This document shows, one piece after another, positions 59,473 to 64,000 of a DNA stretch of 64,000 bases. The notes beneath the pieces were generated by a model, which saw nothing but the letters and a program-made list of their open reading frames with translations, was not told the origin of the DNA and made no database searches. Numbering within the stretch: the stretch's first letter is position 1; each line of letters begins with the position of its first letter. The DNA is from Nitrospinales bacterium (GTDB taxonomy: Bacteria; Nitrospinota; Nitrospinia; Nitrospinales; VA-1). Made by a program: the position numbers and the translations under genes. The stretch covers positions 960,001-1,024,000 of the forward strand of contig CBDCWG010000012.1 of assembly GCA_965223345.1 (NCBI GenBank). Reading direction: 5' to 3'.

Positions 59473-60763
59473 TCTCTTTTCACGCAACCAGCGTTTTATC
59501 ATTCGTAATTCTTCAACCGAATTTGGGCTTGCAATGCAACTTCACGCTTAATTGATTGGATCGGAGGTAATCCTTGACTGAAAGCAGGGTGTCTCTGGTG
59601 TGTGCTTAAGATTCTTCAGGAAGAGGGGGAGTCCTTCTCGGAAATAGGGAGTGATGGATGTAAAGAAGATACATTTAATTAAGTCAAAATATGCACATTT
59701 CCTTGAACTTCTCCGGAAACAGATCCAAGGAAGAGACTATACAAGTGTTTATTTTTAGTCGGGATGTAAGAAATTTGTCAAGGGAACATCTATTTTGGAT
59801 CAGAATACGCCTGGAAAAGTGAATTCGATTACCTCAAACGACTGAATCTACTTCGTGATGGAGAACGGGAAGCTATGAAAGAAAACGATAGGTAGAAAGA
59901 AGCGGAGTAAAATTCAGTCAGCTTTGCCGAAAAGGGCCTTGAGTGAACAATCTTAAGCTTCAGAAGCCTTACAATATTTATAGATTAAAAATTGGCAATA
60001 TAACCAAAAGTAGATTGCTGGGTACCGATGTTTCCATTCGAATTTCAAGGTTGGATTGAAGGTGTCTGAATCAAGAAAATGTTTTTCAGAATTGTCGGAT
60101 AGTCAACCAAAGTGTGAAAGTGCCGAACACATACAATGCTGCCATCTGAGGCTAAGGATTTTCGAACCTTCCTCCATTCTACAGCCCTTCTTCACCAGAC
60201 TCTCTTGAATGGGTATTCAGATCGCGATTCTCATTTCCGTTTGATGCCTTCTCACCTCCTTAAGAGGATCTTTCGCAGACCGCTTTATTCCGGACTTCTT
60301 CCGGAGAACCCAAACCGCTCCATACAGTTAGTCCATATTTTAAAAATGCTTTTCCTAGAACCGCCAGAATGTACAATGGGAATAAACCTACTTGCGCCGG
60401 GGTCTTATTTATATGGTGAAGAACAGGATAAAAATGAAACATGGGGCTTTGGAAAACCGGCAAATGAAGACTGCAGCGCCGTTCATCGATTGCGCAAGAG
60501 AGTAATCTGCATTACAGTCAAGGATCAGAAGCAAACGCAGGCCAATGCCTTCAACCACGTGCGTGAAACGATTCATGCCAATACGGTCGAGTTGCTCGTA
60601 ATATTGAAAGAAACGATCTGGCTCAGCACGAATTGGTTTTGATAATGGCTCGGGAGCGGATCACCGGCCCCATGACGTATCAGGCTCATCTGTGAACTGT
60701 GTTTGTATGGACCAAAACATTATGACGCATGATAATGAACAAACCGTCCATCAGGGGGAAGCG

Positions 60764-62119
60764 ATGGCACGAAAACGAATCGTGATCATGGGAGCAGCCG
60801 GAAGGGATTTTCATAATTTCAACACCTTCTTCCGTGACCGGTCGGAATATGAAGTGGTGGCGTTCACGGCCACCCAAATCCCAGGCATTGGGGGAAGACT
60901 CTACCCTCCCAATCTGGCGGGCGAGTTGTACCCCAAAGGCATTTCCATCCGGCCGGAAGAGGAATTGACACAAATCATAAAAAAAGAAAATATCCACGCC
61001 GTGATTTTCGCATATAGCGACGTTTCCTATCAATACGTCATGCACCGGGCGTCCCAGGTAGTGGCGGCTGGAGCAGACTTCTGGTTGCAGGGCAATCCGG
61101 ATATACGTGTGAAATCCACAAAACCTGTTCTTTCCGTCTGCGCTGTTCGAACCGGGTGCGGAAAGTCGCAGACCAGCAGGAAACTCGCAAAACTCATTAA
61201 ACAGCGGGGCCATCGGGTGGTGGCGGTGCGCCACGCCATGCCCTACGGGAATCTCGCGAAACAATCGGTCCAGCGCTTCGCTATGATGCAAGATCTGGAC
61301 ATACATGATTGCACCGTGGAGGAAAGAGAGGAATACGAGCCATACATTGTGATTGGCTGCCCTGTATTTGCAGGTGTGGATTATGAGGCCATCTTGAGAA
61401 AAGCGGAAAAAGAAGCGGACATCATTATTTGGGATGGCGGTAATAACGACTTTCCCTTTTTCTCAGCTGATCTGAAGATCGTGGTCACCGACCCTCACCG
61501 GGTGGGCGATGAGTTCAACTATTATCCGGGAGAGGTGAACCTGCTGGATGCGGATGTGGTGCTAATCAATAAAATCGACTCCGCCGATCCAGTGGCCGTG
61601 CAAAAACTAAAGAGCAACATCACGAGTGTCAACACGCAGGCTACCCTGATCGAAGCGGAGTCTCCCCTGTTTGTGGAAAACAGCGAACAAATCAGAGGGA
61701 AAAAAGTCCTTGTGATCGAAGACGGCCCCACGGTCACGCACGGTGGTATGCTCTTTGGAGCCGGAACTCTGGCAGCAAAAAAATATGGAGCGAGTGAAAT
61801 CATCGACCCCCGCCCTTGGCTTTCGGGTAAAATAAAACAAACGTTCGAAACCTATCCTAATATCGGCAAATTGCTTCCGGCGATGGGGTATGGAGCGGAG
61901 CAGATTGAGGATCTGGAAAGAACAATCGCGGCTGTTCCCTGCGACTTGGTGGTCATCGGTACTCCCATCGATTTGAATCGCGTTTTGAAAATCAATCAAC
62001 CTTCAGTTCGGGTCCGTTACGAACTTCAGGAGATCGGCACACCCGATCTGAACTCAATTCTAGATTCTTTTTTCGAATGCACTTCTCGAGATCGCGAAGT
62101 TGAAACAGGCCGTCTGTGA
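60764..62119 (+). CDS. P-loop protein of the cyclic-2,3-diphosphoglycerate-synthetase-like family, probable arginine synthetase ArcE
   Basis: 'MGAAGRDFHNFN', 'RTGCGKSQT', 'EEREEYE', 'WDGGNND', 'EDGPTVTHGGM'; GTGA-coupled to carbamate kinase. Confidence 0.78.
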   Translation: MARKRIVIMGAAGRDFHNFNTFFRDRSEYEVVAFTATQIPGIGGRLYPPNLAGELYPKGISIRPEEELTQIIKKENIHAVIFAYSDVSYQYVMHRASQVVAAGADFWLQGNPDIRVKSTKPVLSVCAVRTGCGKSQTSRKLAKLIKQRGHRVVAVRHAMPYGNLAKQSVQRFAMMQDLDIHDCTVEEREEYEPYIVIGCPVFAGVDYEAILRKAEKEADIIIWDGGNNDFPFFSADLKIVVTDPHRVGDEFNYYPGEVNLLDADVVLINKIDSADPVAVQKLKSNITSVNTQATLIEAESPLFVENSEQIRGKKVLVIEDGPTVTHGGMLFGAGTLAAKKYGASEIIDPRPWLSGKIKQTFETYPNIGKLLPAMGYGAEQIEDLERTIAAVPCDLVVIGTPIDLNRVLKINQPSVRVRYELQEIGTPDLNSILDSFFECTSRDREVETGRL

Positions 62120-63084
62120 ACGCACATCCCACAAAAAATGGTCTTTTGATTTCATTTGGTGGTAACGCGCTCAATATCCGCAATCGAAATTCCGCGCAGC
62201 AAAAAGAAGAGTTCAAAGTCGCGGAAAAAAGTATGGAGCAAGTCGTGTCACTTGTGGAGCGCGGCTGGGCCAAAATCATCTTGACCCACGGCAATGGCCC
62301 ACAGGTGGGCCAGATTTTCCTGCAGCAGGAATTGACCAAAAACGAGTTTCCACGCCAAGTCACTCTCGATATTTGCGTCGCCGACAGCCAAGGACGGATC
62401 GGTTATATTCTGCAAAATGTGTTCGACACTATCTGTCAGAAACGCGGTATCCAGAAGCGTGCCTTCGCTGTGATCACCCAGGTGGTGGTGGATCCCAACG
62501 ATCCTGCTTTTGACCGTCCTACAAAACCCATCGGCCTATTTTACAATCTGGATGATGCGGAAATATTAAAAAAGGAACGCGGCTGGAGACTCATCGAAGA
62601 CGCGGGAAGAGGATACCGCCGTGTGGTGCCTTCTCCCCGGCCTTTGCAGGTCGTGGAGAAAGAAATTTTCGAACACCTTGTGAACCAGGGGTTCATCGCC
62701 ATTGGCGCCGGAGGCGGAGGCATTCCTGTGGTCCGAAATCCCGAGGGCGGACTCTGGGGTGTTGAAGCTGTGATCGATAAAGACCGTACCGCTGCGCTTC
62801 TTGCCGAGGAAATCGGCCTCGAGGAATTGATCCTTCTCACTGATGTCGACCATGTGTATTTTGATTATAAAAGTTCGAATCCAAAACCGCTCAAAAATGT
62901 CACAGCACGAGAGATGGCAACGTACCTTAAGGAAGGTCATTTCGCCGAAGGCAGCATGAGGCCAAAGGTAGAAGCCGCCCTGGAGTTTCTGCGCGGCAAA
63001 GGTAAGCGGGCCGTCATTGCGCATCTCGAGGATTTGATGCCGGCCTTGGAGGGAAAGCGTGGGACCCAGATCCTGCCTGACTAA
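62116..63084 (+). CDS. arcC: Carbamate kinase
   Basis: 'GGNAL', 'THGNGPQVG', 'PTKPIG', 'RRVVPSP', 'EAVIDKD', 'GSMRPKVEAA'. Confidence 0.96.
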   Translation: MNAHPTKNGLLISFGGNALNIRNRNSAQQKEEFKVAEKSMEQVVSLVERGWAKIILTHGNGPQVGQIFLQQELTKNEFPRQVTLDICVADSQGRIGYILQNVFDTICQKRGIQKRAFAVITQVVVDPNDPAFDRPTKPIGLFYNLDDAEILKKERGWRLIEDAGRGYRRVVPSPRPLQVVEKEIFEHLVNQGFIAIGAGGGGIPVVRNPEGGLWGVEAVIDKDRTAALLAEEIGLEELILLTDVDHVYFDYKSSNPKPLKNVTAREMATYLKEGHFAEGSMRPKVEAALEFLRGKGKRAVIAHLEDLMPALEGKRGTQILPD

Positions 63085-63487
63085 GGAACCATTATGAATA
63101 TTTTATTTTTCACGAAATGTTCTCTTCTGACTTAAAACACAATGTGAACAATTTGATGATGCCTCCGAATGCCATAGCTTCTTATCCATATTCGGAATTC
63201 CATTTGGTGTCGTTTTGTTGGCTACAGTAACTTCGAATTGCAGGTTCAGCCACCTGTCGATGACGGCGGCACTCGGCACACAGCCACAGGGGATCCTCAA
63301 AACCAGCGCATACGAATCGTGATAGAATTCCAATAAGTCTGCCTGCACCTCCTCGCATAGCCACAACCAAAACAAGTAAGAGGGCTAAAGGCACCAGGAC
63401 GCTTTGGTTTCTTGAGGAAGAGAAATATCGGGACACAGAGCCATTTGCTTGGTTAGAGATCCAACTGCAAGCATTCGGCTTGATGGA

Positions 63488-64000
63488 TTATATAGTAATT
63501 TCAAAATTTTCCGCTAAATTTAAAACCATGGGATTGTGGATTTTTCTGGGCGAATGCGTGAGGTAATAATCCACTGTTACTTTAGGAAGAGGTGCGATTT
63601 TTATCAGCTTAGCTGCCTCAATGAGAGAGTGGGCCGCACAATCCGGTAATGGGACGACCCCCATTCCTTCCAATGCCAGGATTTTCTGCACACTGGTATC
63701 CGATGTTTCCGTGACCACATCAACCACGATATTGTTGATCCGCAAATAGTGATCCAAATCGTGCCTAAGTTTGCTGTGAAAAGTAGGAAGGATGATCGGC
63801 ATTCCTCTTAAAGATTGAGGAAAGTTTTCCTTCAAATCCCGGAATTTTTTTGCGGAAAAAACCGAGACAGGCGCTTTCACCAAATGTTTGCAATGGAAGT
63901 TCCGGGAATCGCCCATACTCGGTTGACAATCCGAAACAACAAGATCGATTCTGTGGGCCAACAACTCGCGGAATATCAGATCACTCTCTCCCTGGCGTAC
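63488..64000 (-). CDS. LysR-family regulator (NhaR-like), C-terminal substrate-binding part; runs off window end
   Basis: 'L.AHRIDLVVSD', 'FPQSL...PIILP', 'LRHDLD', 'GMGV'; frame open to base 64000. Confidence 0.75.
   Translation of the reverse strand, partial: VRQGESDLIFRELLAHRIDLVVSDCQPSMGDSRNFHCKHLVKAPVSVFSAKKFRDLKENFPQSLRGMPIILPTFHSKLRHDLDHYLRINNIVVDVVTETSDTSVQKILALEGMGVVPLPDCAAHSLIEAAKLIKIAPLPKVTVDYYLTHSPRKIHNPMVLNLAENFEITI

Noticed and set aside
60136..60642. 168-aa ORF in the AT-rich gap
   Set aside because: No RBS, no recognisable motif, atypical composition; cannot support as a gene
63103..63436. Two short overlapping minus-strand ORFs between arcC and the LysR gene
   Set aside because: No motifs, and mutually overlapping frames; unsupported

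Overview
A GC-rich bacterial chromosomal segment. Gene content and order suggest Nitrospinota (Nitrospina-like) or a related deltaproteobacteria-like lineage; this taxonomy is an inference. The first ~31 kb is mostly housekeeping: rho-rpmE-prfA-prmC-murA-waaF, an AGCS symporter, clpC, an HDAC-family deacylase, queG, hemE-hemH, an HtrA protease, pcrA, hflX and trmL. At 31.6-38.5 kb (minus strand) lies a tightly coupled five-gene operon that looks like a complete bacterial ceramide/sphingolipid pathway. It encodes serine palmitoyltransferase, a GNAT ceramide synthase, a ceramide reductase, a CDP-alcohol phosphotransferase and an MMPL/RND exporter. 38.8-53.7 kb is an accessory region of small and secreted proteins (TPR, ankyrin, Sel1, PilZ, CsgG, ATP-grasp). 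It also holds tryptophanase with an unannotated divergent Trp-rich small ORF. 53.8-59.5 kb holds a frameshifted CarH/LitR-like B12 photoreceptor regulator plus ybgA. These are divergent from an FGE-domain operon, with mirror-image 11-bp TnnACA operator repeats between them. After an AT-rich gap, 60.8-63.1 kb encodes a probable arginine synthetase (ArcE-like) with carbamate kinase. No rRNA, tRNA, CRISPR array or transposase was recognised.
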